Shown here: piece by piece, positions 1 through 8,959 of the stretch
Numbering within the stretch: position 1 is the first letter of the stretch
How the letters are laid out: every line of letters starts with the position of its first letter
Source: a virus
Lineage: Duplodnaviria; Caudoviricetes
Strand: one strand, 5' to 3'
IMG/VR virus record: IMGVR_UViG_3300025678_000009
Location: 17,698-81,697 of that record
Length of the DNA stretch: 64,000 nucleotides
Translations under genes and position numbers: made by a program
The notes under the pieces: generated by a model
What the model saw: the letters and a program-made list of their open reading frames with translations, nothing else
Told to the model about the DNA's origin: nothing
Databases searched by the model: none

Positions 1-42
1 CATAAATGAGGATGTTTATATGAGAAAAATACTATTATCTTA

Positions 43-288
43 TCAATTAACTTCTTCATATGTCTTTTCAAAAATATCAGGTTTGCAAGGATAAAACTCC
101 CCATTTACTCCTTTAATTACAAAATCGCCTTTTTTAGCAGTCATTACCCCTTCAAGCGTGTTTATGTTAAACCACTCGCCCATTTCACCCTCGTCTTTCC
201 ACCCAAGAAATTTATAAACTTCACTATAATTATCCCCTGTGTATTGAACTGCTTCAATAATTACTGGTTTTTTTCTGTATTTTTTCAT
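43..288 (-). CDS. conserved phage hypothetical protein (KKPVxIEAVQ...FEKTYE family)
   Basis: 81-aa ORF with recognisable phage motif pattern. Confidence 0.75.
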   Translation of the reverse strand: MKKYRKKPVIIEAVQYTGDNYSEVYKFLGWKDEGEMGEWFNINTLEGVMTAKKGDFVIKGVNGEFYPCKPDIFEKTYEEVN

Positions 289-294
289 CGTTAC

Positions 295-519
295 TTAATT
301 TTTACTATACTTTTTATTTAATAGTTTTTTTAGTTCAGTTAAATATTCGATATCTTTATCATGTTCAAAATATTGATTATGAATATTTTACAAATCTTCT
401 AAATTTGAGTATAGAAAATCTTTAGTTAAAAATATTTGTTCGTTCAATCTATTAAAAGTTAATTTTATTCCATTCATATTTATGAAATTAAAATTTGCTA
501 CAATATTTGGTTTTTTCAT
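295..519 (-). pseudogene. small ORF with one in-frame TAA
   Basis: MKKPNIVANF...YSNLEDL*NIHNQYFEHDK... reads on in frame across a single TAA and fills the gap between flanking genes. Confidence 0.4.
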
Positions 520-1316
520 CTTCTTTGTTTCGATTTGTGATATTGTAAGAGTGATTTAACCTCTTTTTTCATATATGTGACAGGATATAGAATTTCGTCT
601 GCCACATAATATTTTGAATTTTCAAATTGAATATGATATTTTGGCTCTGATGTAGGAGGTTCTTCATCCCACTTTTTAATTACTAAATGATTGATTGTTA
701 GATTTCTAGGAGTGAATCCATATTTTTCTAAAAAGAATGCATACATGGATAACTGAAGAGAATACTTCATGAAATTGCAATCCATGATGTGATTTAAAGG
801 AGCATTCAAAGTTGCATATTTTTGATTGCGAGAATCATAAAAACTTTCTAAATCAATTGTTTTACTAGTTTTATAATCTTCCAAATCAATATATCTTACT
901 CCATCAATTGTTTCTATGAAACATCTATCTGTCATTCCACAAGCCTGGAATTCATTATTATAAAGACAAAGTTCTGGATGAATACCATCTTCTAATTCTT
1001 CTAAACTCTTGATGGGTTTTATATCGCCATCAAACTCTGTAAAAAATACAGGTTTATCTTTAGAAGATTTATCTTCTTCTTCTTTTAGAGAATGAAATAA
1101 AGTACCCTTCTCTCTAGCAACTCTTCCTTCCTCTGCCCATTTCTTTTTTATATCTTCTGCTGTAAGAGGATTTTTTTTAGTAGAATGTTTTTTTGCATAT
1201 TTCTCTGCAATTTCATTCCAATCTTTTTCTGGTTCTACAATTTTAATTATAGAACTAAAAGACGTATAAGGCTTTTCATTTATTATATATTGATGTGTAG
1301 ATTGCTTAAAATACAT
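516..1316 (-). CDS. PD-(D/E)XK (Cas4-like) exonuclease
   Basis: GTLFH, HPE, CGMTD and LEDYKT motifs, plus YSLQLSMYA. Confidence 0.75.
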   Translation of the reverse strand: MYFKQSTHQYIINEKPYTSFSSIIKIVEPEKDWNEIAEKYAKKHSTKKNPLTAEDIKKKWAEEGRVAREKGTLFHSLKEEEDKSSKDKPVFFTEFDGDIKPIKSLEELEDGIHPELCLYNNEFQACGMTDRCFIETIDGVRYIDLEDYKTSKTIDLESFYDSRNQKYATLNAPLNHIMDCNFMKYSLQLSMYAFFLEKYGFTPRNLTINHLVIKKWDEEPPTSEPKYHIQFENSKYYVADEILYPVTYMKKEVKSLLQYHKSKQRR

Positions 1317-1318
1317 TT

Positions 1319-1555
1319 TTATATTATTTCCATTTTAAGTTTTTTATCATTTAATTTACCTATGAAGAATTTAGTTCCTTTAGTTAACTTTAAGTTAACA
1401 TCCCCTATAAATTCAATAACCTCTTCTAAAGGATTTCTTACAATCTTCGTTATAAAAATATCATGTTCTACTGAACCATATGTTATATAAACAAAAGATT
1501 TTTCAATTAAATGACATTTTTGAAGTTGTGAAATTACTCTAGCTTTCATTTTCAA
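1319..1555 (-). CDS. hypothetical protein
   Basis: ORF packed in a co-directional block. Confidence 0.6.
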   Translation of the reverse strand: MKMKARVISQLQKCHLIEKSFVYITYGSVEHDIFITKIVRNPLEEVIEFIGDVNLKLTKGTKFFIGKLNDKKLKMEII

Positions 1556-1928
1556 TTATTTTTTCAATTTCTATTTGCTCATCAGCAGTTGTAAGGGGTT
1601 GCCATTTTCCTATAGGACAAGCACATGATGTACATCTAAGTTTCATAGAATGTTCTCCTAATCCACATCCACAATGAATACATTTGTCATTATTTGAAGA
1701 TGTGATTTCATTAAACCATTGTTTAGTTTTTAATTTTTGAATTATTTCTGGAGCTTCTTCAAAAGATTTATTTTTTTGATTTTGATTAAACCAAATACAA
1801 TCTTTACATATAGTTTTCCTATATTTAGCTAAATCTTCAACATGCTCTTTTTTAAAAGCAAGATTTTTAATTCCTTCAGCTATCTGAGCTTTGTTTTTCC
1901 AGATTTCTGGTAATAATTCTCTTATCAT
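1539..1928 (-). CDS. Cys-rich putative Zn-binding protein
   Basis: CxxC, CxxCGC and CxxCxCPIGKW motifs. Confidence 0.65.
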   Translation of the reverse strand: MIRELLPEIWKNKAQIAEGIKNLAFKKEHVEDLAKYRKTICKDCIWFNQNQKNKSFEEAPEIIQKLKTKQWFNEITSSNNDKCIHCGCGLGEHSMKLRCTSCACPIGKWQPLTTADEQIEIEKIIENES

Positions 1929-2382
1929 AATTATCTTTTATTTCATTACATTTTTGATATAAATCTTTCCATTTACCTATTCTAGTGTTTATATTTTTCT
2001 TACTTGTAGGTGCATTTCTTTCATCATAACCTTCCAGATATTTTAATACGTCTTCAAAATGATTTATTTTTTGTTCAATTAAAAATTGAAGTTGTGTCAC
2101 TTTTTGAATAAGTATTTGATAATCAATTCTTTCATCTGGTAAAAAAGTATGGTCTGAAAATTTTAACAGATTATCCACTCTATTTTTTATTTCAAAATAA
2201 TCAAATCCAAAATATAACAACCCTAAAAATTTAAAATATGGTTTAGAAGGATTAAATAAAAAATTATTCATTTCTTTTTCGTATGATGCCCATATTCTAC
2301 CAATATCAGATTTTGTATAACCTTTTTCTATTAGTTCTGGAAAATCATCTAATGTATCTTTAGCTATTTGTAGTGCTTGCAC
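1876..2382 (-). CDS. hypothetical protein
   Basis: 168-aa ORF in operon. Confidence 0.65.
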   Translation of the reverse strand: MQALQIAKDTLDDFPELIEKGYTKSDIGRIWASYEKEMNNFLFNPSKPYFKFLGLLYFGFDYFEIKNRVDNLLKFSDHTFLPDERIDYQILIQKVTQLQFLIEQKINHFEDVLKYLEGYDERNAPTSKKNINTRIGKWKDLYQKCNEIKDNYDKRIITRNLEKQSSDS

Positions 2383-2683
2383 GCAATTTTAAATTTAATT
2401 TTATAGTTGTTTCACTACCTCTATCTAAAGGAGTTTTTAAATTTACAACATTTTCTTTTAAAATCCCTTCTTTTCTAAATTTAGATAAATGATTTTCAAC
2501 ACTTTGTAATGACTTGAAAATATTCCATTTAACTATTTCTTTCTTTATTTCTGGATTTAAACCTTTTAAATAAACAATACATAAAAGCTTTAGTTCATTA
2601 TCTGAAAGGTTATCAAATTGTTGTTTTAACTGATATGTTAAAAACTCAATTGGTGTATCAAAGTATTTATCTATTTCTATCAT
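2360..2683 (-). CDS. hypothetical protein, possibly winged-HTH
   Basis: 107-aa ORF with SLQSVENHLSKFRKEGIL helix pattern and upstream promoter box. Confidence 0.6.
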   Translation of the reverse strand: MIEIDKYFDTPIEFLTYQLKQQFDNLSDNELKLLCIVYLKGLNPEIKKEIVKWNIFKSLQSVENHLSKFRKEGILKENVVNLKTPLDRGSETTIKLNLKLRASTTNS

Positions 2684-2697
2684 CTCATTATAATATA

Positions 2698-2705
2698 CAA
2701 AGTTA
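2698..2705 (-). promoter_or_regulatory. Bacteroidota-type -7 promoter box TAACTTTG
   Basis: matches TAnnTTTG consensus just upstream of ORF 2683. Confidence 0.55.
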
Positions 2706-2713
2706 TTACTAAC

Positions 2714-3316
2714 TTACAAAGTTATTTCAAAAATATTTTTACAATCTTGCTGAAATTTTTTATCTTTTTTTAGTTTTAAAAATAATTCATTAATTCTTTT
2801 AGCTCCTAAAACCACATCAAATCCTTTCTCGACTAATTTCACTTCTTCTTTTGTTAGAAATTTTTTATAAACAGTCATTAGATGACTGAGATAATCTACA
2901 AAATCTGCATAATCATTTAAATTAGGGTCAGTATATTTTGTAAAAGCTAAAGTATTTATAGGATGATTATAATTAGACAAATGGATTATAGCCAAAGATT
3001 GTCGCATTATTACAATGTTTTTAGGGTTAAGACCCAAAAGAAGTAGTATTGCATTAGAGGAAAATGACCCTGTTACTACATATTTATAATTTAAAGGTCT
3101 GTTAGATAAAAAATCATACAATATAGCAGCAACACAATTTTGTCCTCCTGGGCTATCTATATAAATTACTCCTGCGTAGTCTCCTATTATAGGTAAATAC
3201 GCTCCTTCATCTGTATCTACAACTAAACTATTCTCATATTCTTCAATTTCTTCTATAAATTGCTGAATTTTACCCGACTCTCTGTTCATTTCAAAATCTA
3301 AATAAAATGTCTTCAT
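2714..3316 (-). CDS. divergent ClpP/crotonase-fold protease-like protein
   Basis: IYIDSPGG, GSFSSNAILL (Ser position) and IIHLS (His position) resemble ClpP motifs. Confidence 0.55.
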   Translation of the reverse strand: MKTFYLDFEMNRESGKIQQFIEEIEEYENSLVVDTDEGAYLPIIGDYAGVIYIDSPGGQNCVAAILYDFLSNRPLNYKYVVTGSFSSNAILLLLGLNPKNIVIMRQSLAIIHLSNYNHPINTLAFTKYTDPNLNDYADFVDYLSHLMTVYKKFLTKEEVKLVEKGFDVVLGAKRINELFLKLKKDKKFQQDCKNIFEITL

Positions 3317-3567
3317 AAGTTAAAAATTCTTTTTATTTCTTCAATATAAAATAAGTAATCTTTGTTATTTTCTTTGGTCTTTAAATATTCAAAAGCACTG
3401 TTTACATTTTTAAAATCAGAATGAGTAAAGTTAAGTATTTTATCTTTAGGGATAGCTACCTGTTTTACAACTTCCCCATCGTCTTCTAAAAGTTTAATTA
3501 TTAAAGCACCTTGTCCAAAAGAACTTCTATAATGGTCTACATTTGCTAACAATTTTTGTATACGCAT
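3313..3567 (-). CDS. hypothetical protein
   Basis: first ORF of leftward block, overlaps next gene by ATGA-type junction. Confidence 0.65.
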   Translation of the reverse strand: MRIQKLLANVDHYRSSFGQGALIIKLLEDDGEVVKQVAIPKDKILNFTHSDFKNVNSAFEYLKTKENNKDYLFYIEEIKRIFNL

Positions 3568-3649
3568 ATTTTATTTTTTTATAAAGGTAATAACTTTTTA
3601 AGTTATTGCAGTATTAATAAAACGTTAACAGTAAAATAGTTAAATTATA

Positions 3650-4279
3650 TTGATGAAGATGAATAACGTTTTAAGATTTATAGAAGACCTTGAAAACAAG
3701 TGTAAACAGTATAATATAAAATTATTTTTATATGATTTAAAATATATAGAAAGCGAAGGTGATAAATTTGGAGGTTGGTTTGACCCCGATAATAAAGAAT
3801 TACATTGTGCATTTCCTGATAAAATACAAACTAAATATGTAGAAGTTTTAATACATGAGAGTTGTCATATGGATCAATGGATAGAAAATACTAAATACTG
3901 GTCTATAGAAAGGGAAAATAATTCTCTTGATGAATTTTGGAAAATATTAAAAGGAATAAAAGTAAAAAATCTAAAATTTCATTTAAGAAATGTTCAAATG
4001 ATGGAAGCAGAATGTGAAAAAATGGCTATTGAAAAAATAAAATTTTATGACTTAGGTATAGATATTAATAAATATACTCAAAAAGCAAATTCTTACTTAT
4101 TATTTTATACCCTCCTAATAGAAACTAAAAAGTGGACAGATTATCCTCCTTATAAATATGGAGTAATTTGGAGAAAAATGCCAATTAAAATATTATCTAA
4201 ATTTCACCTAAATGATGATTTAAAATCACTTTATTTAAATAAATGCTATAAAAAGAAAAGTTTAAAAAACCTCCCCTAA
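3650..4279 (+). CDS. HExxH zinc metallopeptidase-like protein
   Basis: VLIHESCHMDQW and downstream MEAECE. Confidence 0.65.
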   Translation: MMKMNNVLRFIEDLENKCKQYNIKLFLYDLKYIESEGDKFGGWFDPDNKELHCAFPDKIQTKYVEVLIHESCHMDQWIENTKYWSIERENNSLDEFWKILKGIKVKNLKFHLRNVQMMEAECEKMAIEKIKFYDLGIDINKYTQKANSYLLFYTLLIETKKWTDYPPYKYGVIWRKMPIKILSKFHLNDDLKSLYLNKCYKKKSLKNLP

Positions 4280-4302
4280 AACTAGCATTAATAGGGGAGG
4301 TT
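4262..4302 (-). terminator. intrinsic terminator, U-tract on minus strand, possibly bidirectional
   Basis: AACCTCCCCTA / TAGGGGAGGTT stem next to an A-tract. Confidence 0.7.
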
Positions 4303-4623
4303 AGTGTAACTTCTAAAGTGCCTAGAAGTTTTTTTGACCTGTAGGTCATTAATATGATGCAAAAATACAATATCTTCCTATATAGCTCGTTAAGCTATTG
4401 TTAATTCTAAGTTAAACTTCCGATTATCAGGGTATCCAATATCCCACTAGCATTAGAAACATAGGCAAGCAAATAACCTTTATAAAAACCCAAAGTGCAT
4501 TTTCAAGATGACAGGAATAATCCTCACTCTACTAATCCACTTTTAGAATCTCCTGTCGCTACGTCTGTATTATACATTAGGCTAGTACTAACTTCAGTGG
4601 TGCTACCAGGGTGCTTCATTTCA

Positions 4624-4631
4624 CAAAGATA
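4624..4631 (-). promoter_or_regulatory. -7 promoter box TATCTTTG
   Basis: TAnnTTTG consensus, reading leftward into a region without long ORFs. Confidence 0.55.
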
Positions 4632-4983
4632 TGAATTAGAATTAGGATTCCAAATTAAGTTTATGTAAATTAAATTGATGAGAAAGATAAAAATAATATT
4701 AGAGGTAATAACATATATAGCAATATTGTTCCTGATATGGCTATTATTAATCTTTGACCCTCATACTGTTCAACACTAAACTTTCTCTTATTGCGAAATA
4801 TAAAAATTTTTTATTTTCAAAATTTTTATTGTGAATTTCTATGTTAAAAAATTTTTATTTTTTTTTCAAATTTTGATGTTGTAGCTCATATTTACTGACC
4901 CAACGCCAAGAAAGATACCCCTCCTTCATTTTAGCGGGGGATAACCTCCATTGATTTATTATTCATCTTAAAAATTTACAGAC

Positions 4984-5325
4984 ATGCAAAAATTAACATT
5001 TGACAAATCGGCTAAAACCATCGAAAGAACGCATTCCATTACAGGTAAAGTTCTCTATGCTGAAGATTACACTGCAAGCAACAACGTTCCTGGTGTATCT
5101 ATCCAGTTGGAAGGTTGTCCTTATAACCTTAGAGTTCTGAAGGGTTCTATTAAGGGTGCAGGCAATGCTTCCACAGTTTTGGGTTGTACAGTTACCTTGA
5201 CAGGTATCATGCGTGAATATAACGGTAAGCAGTATTTCAATCCAAAAGACCTTACTGTTGACAAGAAATCAGGTATTGCGACCATTGCAGGTGCAGGTGT
5301 TGCTTATGCAGGTAGTTTAGATTAA
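4984..5325 (+). CDS. hypothetical protein, possible OB-fold
   Basis: beta-rich with MREYNGKQYFN motif; followed by terminator. Confidence 0.65.
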   Translation: MQKLTFDKSAKTIERTHSITGKVLYAEDYTASNNVPGVSIQLEGCPYNLRVLKGSIKGAGNASTVLGCTVTLTGIMREYNGKQYFNPKDLTVDKKSGIATIAGAGVAYAGSLD

Positions 5326-5363
5326 TTGCTTGCTTGTTTGGCTTGTCGCATGGTTTTCATATC

Positions 5364-5409
5364 AGACACTGCACATCCTTAATTGGGTGTGTGGTGTTTT
5401 TCTTTTTTT
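5364..5409 (+). terminator. intrinsic terminator
   Basis: GCACATCC/GGGTGTGT stem and long T-tract. Confidence 0.7.
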
Positions 5410-5432
5410 CTAAATCTCTCTAAATCAATATT

Positions 5433-5723
5433 ATGAAAAAAGTACTCTTTAAAACCATTGACGAAGTAAGAACTGTAGTAGAACTCTTCAAAGAATATGT
5501 TGTAGACAATTTTTATTCTATAAAGGATAAAATGTTTGTAGTCATCTTTAAGAATACTATTGTAGACTGTTTGATTGAAACAGGATTTGAACCAGAAGAT
5601 TTCAAACCTGTATTTGTTTCTTCTATCAGAGAAGTAGAACGTATTAGAGACCTTTTAGGAAATCCTGAGAGTTTCTATTATAGATACTTTCAAATGAAGA
5701 AACAATACCTTGTTAACTGTTAA
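5433..5723 (+). CDS. hypothetical protein
   Basis: 96-aa ORF with A-rich start context. Confidence 0.65.
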   Translation: MKKVLFKTIDEVRTVVELFKEYVVDNFYSIKDKMFVVIFKNTIVDCLIETGFEPEDFKPVFVSSIREVERIRDLLGNPESFYYRYFQMKKQYLVNC

Positions 5724-5932
5724 AGCTAAAGCCATAGTCATAACGAATTGACAACCATTTGGTTATTCTCATCGTAGGGAATTATGGCTCTAAATGTGAA
5801 ATTCATTACTTGGGCTCATCCAAACCGTTATAGTCGGATTTATTTTTTTAACTTTCTAAATAGAGTAAACTACAAATCAGGAGTTCAACACTACCTATAA
5901 TAAAGTGTGTTGTAAAATTAAATGCTAAAACT

Positions 5933-6235
5933 ATGACACAAATAACACCTTTTCTTAAACATGGTATATTAGGTAGAGAATGTGGTTTTATCATACCTGT
6001 AACAAGTGAAGACCCTTCACTTATGGTATTAGAAACTAAACCTGGATCTAAAAAGTGGGGAATAGCTATCTTTATTGGTACTGAAATAGTTCAAGAAAAT
6101 TGTATTGGTATAATCAACGATGATAACTATTTAGAAGTTCATAAAGATGTTTTGAATATGCCTGTTACTAATCGCGAAGGCAAACTGTTAGGTTCGGTTT
6201 GGAATAGATTAGAAAATAGAATAAAAACTAAATAA
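5933..6235 (+). CDS. hypothetical protein
   Basis: 100-aa ORF. Confidence 0.65.
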   Translation: MTQITPFLKHGILGRECGFIIPVTSEDPSLMVLETKPGSKKWGIAIFIGTEIVQENCIGIINDDNYLEVHKDVLNMPVTNREGKLLGSVWNRLENRIKTK

Positions 6236-6328
6236 AATACTTCAGTTGTAGGTAATCTATAAACCTTCATTTTTTTTATTCATCTACTTAAAATCCAACT
6301 GACAAATTATAATAATATACAAATAATT

Positions 6329-6571
6329 ATGGCAACAGAATTAAAAACATTAAAAGGTAAAATAGAAATACCTTTAAAAAATGGTACAATGACATCTGAT
6401 TATAAAAATGTTGATGTATCACTTACAAGGTTTTGGGGAGGTAAAGAAAGAGGAGTAAGTTTACAAATTACATTTTTAAATGAAAATGGAAATTATTCTC
6501 ATGTCCAATTAAATAATGAAAATGTAAAACAACTAATTGAAGAACTTAATCTTTACTTCAATGAAGGATAA
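6329..6571 (+). CDS. hypothetical protein
   Basis: 80-aa ORF. Confidence 0.65.
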   Translation: MATELKTLKGKIEIPLKNGTMTSDYKNVDVSLTRFWGGKERGVSLQITFLNENGNYSHVQLNNENVKQLIEELNLYFNEG

Positions 6572-6590
6572 CTCACCTGTTTATTGAAAA

Positions 6591-6830
6591 ATGCGTAATG
6601 GTAAATTAATATCTGTGGACGACATGGACGTAAATCACCTACGCAATGTGCTTAAAATGATTTTAAGGAATCGTGAAAAAGCAATACAAGCTAAACCTAA
6701 AGTTAAATTTAAACTTAATGGTGATATAGCTGAATTTTTTAATGAAGAACAAAATAATTCATTCCAAAATGATTATTATGAATCTGCATTAGAAGTTGGT
6801 ATAACTGATATTGAAACAGGAATACTATAA
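6591..6830 (+). CDS. conserved phage hypothetical protein
   Basis: GKLISVDDMDVNHLRN motif. Confidence 0.6.
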   Translation: MRNGKLISVDDMDVNHLRNVLKMILRNREKAIQAKPKVKFKLNGDIAEFFNEEQNNSFQNDYYESALEVGITDIETGIL

Positions 6831-6832
6831 AT

Positions 6833-6982
6833 TATCCCAATGCACTTAACCTGATAAAGGTGAGCAGTTGTAAATAGTAGACACACCACGACACAGAGAT
6901 AATATCAAAGAAAACAGCACAGCAATGTGTAATCGTTTATGGTTTGAAGTAATGTTTATTTACAACTGAGTGTAGAGGGGAA
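6833..6982 (+). ncRNA. candidate structured RNA, three-way junction
   Basis: TGCACT/AGTGTA, ACCT/AGGT and 12-bp CAGTTGTAAATA/TATTTACAACTG stems. Confidence 0.4.
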
Positions 6983-7062
6983 ACAATATTAATTGGAGCA
7001 CTGAATAGTAGTATTTGGTGCTTCTTTTAATATTAACAAACTGTTAAATACATATCTTATAC

Positions 7063-7093
7063 TTGTATGGTCATAACAATGGTTGTATATTTG
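7063..7093 (+). promoter_or_regulatory. Bacteroidota-type promoter (TTG, 20 nt, TATATTTG)
   Basis: consensus -33 and -7 elements with typical spacing. Confidence 0.6.
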
Positions 7094-7097
7094 TATG

Positions 7098-7193
7098 AGA
7101 TAGTAGCAGTATCTAACAAGTCTCAAGGAACTTATTTATTCTAAATATGTTTATAGCCCAGGATTACTGCTACTAATCTTGGGCTATTTTTTT
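7098..7193 (+). ncRNA. candidate ~95-nt small RNA with complementary hairpin loops
   Basis: bounded by promoter and terminator, no ORF; loop GTAGCAG is complementary to terminator loop CTGCTAC. Confidence 0.5.
7153..7193 (+). terminator. intrinsic terminator
   Basis: 14-bp stem ATAGCCCAGGATTA/TAATCTTGGGCTAT followed by T7. Confidence 0.8.
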
Positions 7194-7485
7194 GTTCAAG
7201 TGCCTATAAAGAACATAAGGCTAACAATCTTCTAATAGATGTATGTGCTGATATACATTATTATGCCTGAATCTTTACCATTTTCCAAGCCACCAATTCA
7301 GACTTCATAATAATGGGAGTGTTAGAACTCTTAATAACGTAGTTAGTATTAAAGTGGTGGGGTGGCATTCACATTTTCTTAACATTGAAAAAGTTTTACA
7401 TTATACGGAAAACAACTTTTTGACCTTTTTTAGGGTTGAATTTAACATATTTGTAAACTAATTGTAAACTTAAAATAAACTTAGT

Positions 7486-7677
7486 ATGAAAGTAATAGAA
7501 TTTTTGGGGAGATTATCCCTGTGCCTATTAATATTAATAGCTTTTGAAGGGTTAATAACTCTTGGATTAGCATTTGAGATAGATAAATACACATGGATTG
7601 CTTGGTTATCACAAGTATTATTAGTGATAGTTTGTGTTTGGTGTGCTTGTAAATGGTTTGAAGATGGTTTTTATTAA
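7486..7677 (+). CDS. small membrane protein with two hydrophobic segments
   Basis: hydrophobic ORF. Confidence 0.6.
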   Translation: MKVIEFLGRLSLCLLILIAFEGLITLGLAFEIDKYTWIAWLSQVLLVIVCVWCACKWFEDGFY

Positions 7678-7880
7678 CGAATTTGCAAAAAAAAGTGGCA
7701 TTTTATTGCAAAAAATGTAAAAAAAGAGGTGTTTTTATGACAAAATCACATACATAAGACATCAAAACCATTCAAAAACAAGCCATTTTACCTCATTTTT
7801 TGAAAAAACCAACAGATAGTAAAACATAAAAAGAGTTTTATGTTAATATGAAAGTTTGATGTAATGTCAGACTTTTTCTT

Positions 7881-7981
7881 ATTATACAAAGAGAGGAAGA
7901 AGCCATATAACTATACTCGACCGCAAGCAGAACACCGACCAACCTGTGCGAGTGTTATACTTCCTCTTTTCTTTGTATAAT
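7881..7981. ncRNA. long imperfect hairpin, candidate structured RNA or ssDNA element
   Basis: ATTATACAAAGAGAGGAAG...TATAAC...ACTCG pairs with CGAGTGTTATACTTCCTCTTTTCTTTGTATAAT. Confidence 0.4.
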
Positions 7982-8084
7982 CAAACACGAAAATAATCTG
8001 ATGATAACTATCTATACTACAGCAAGTGTCATACTGCAAATGTAAATGATAGTGAATTAAGTGTGTCTAAATAAAAGTTTGAAT

Positions 8085-8291
8085 ATGAAAAAGGGATTAG
8101 CTAAAAATTCTTTAATTGGTAAAAAAGGAGAAAGTGATTATAAAGCTAAATTGAAAAATGAAGATGTTTTAAAAATAAAAAAACTATTATCTCAAAATGT
8201 TAAACAAACAGATATTGCTAAAATGTTTAATGTTAGTAAAATGACTATTAGTAATATTAAAAATAATAAAAGTTGGAGTGATTATCAGTAA
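8085..8291 (+). CDS. HTH domain protein of the type found at HNH endonuclease C-termini; possible remnant
   Basis: KLKNEDVLKIKKLL...QTDIAKMFNVSKMTISNI..NKSW. Confidence 0.6.
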   Translation: MKKGLAKNSLIGKKGESDYKAKLKNEDVLKIKKLLSQNVKQTDIAKMFNVSKMTISNIKNNKSWSDYQ

Positions 8292-8309
8292 CAAATTAAA
8301 AACAAAATC

Positions 8310-8570
8310 ATGAGTAATTTACAAAGATTAACTAATTTAAGTTATGATATAGAATGTTGGTTAAGAAAACAAGATTTAAAATCTAATACAGTATTTGTGT
8401 CAAAGTTAACTGCCGAATTTCTTAAATCTAAAAAATTACCATATAGTAATTATAATCCTAAATATAAAGGATTATTCACAGCTAATATTGCTAATGCAGA
8501 ATTAGTTCAAGAACACTTTAAAGAATTTCAAGCATTTGTAATAGAAAAATATAAAAATACAAGTACTTAA
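8310..8570 (+). CDS. hypothetical protein
   Basis: 86-aa ORF. Confidence 0.6.
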   Translation: MSNLQRLTNLSYDIECWLRKQDLKSNTVFVSKLTAEFLKSKKLPYSNYNPKYKGLFTANIANAELVQEHFKEFQAFVIEKYKNTST

Positions 8571-8728
8571 TAGTTTAAAGAGTGGACTTATGTTGTTGAA
8601 TGTAAAACCAACAAGTGTATGTTAACAGTTTATTGGTTAACTTAAGCTAAATAGGAATATCAACAAAGTTATTAAGGTTGAAGCCGCTTGTATTTTTTTA
8701 TTATTAAATAAATTAAACAATAAACAAA

Positions 8729-8959
8729 ATGGAACAGAAAACAAATGAAACTGTATCAACAAGACGACTAGCATTAAAATGGTGGAGTGATGAATCAAAT
8801 TTATTAAATAGAACTGCTTTATTTAATAGATATTTCTCTAATACAGCAACAAAAGATAAAATGTTTACTGTAGCAAATAACTATAAAGAATTAACAGGTA
8901 GAGAAATTGAAGAAATTTACAACAAAGAAGTTCTTGAACCAAAAAGACAAAAACAATGA
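8729..8959 (+). CDS. hypothetical protein
   Basis: 76-aa ORF. Confidence 0.6.
   Translation: MEQKTNETVSTRRLALKWWSDESNLLNRTALFNRYFSNTATKDKMFTVANNYKELTGREIEEIYNKEVLEPKRQKQ

Noticed and set aside
6833-6982. Twister or hammerhead ribozyme call
   Set aside because: The twister L4/pseudoknot partner and the hammerhead CUGANGA/GAAA core are not found; kept only as an unclassified candidate.
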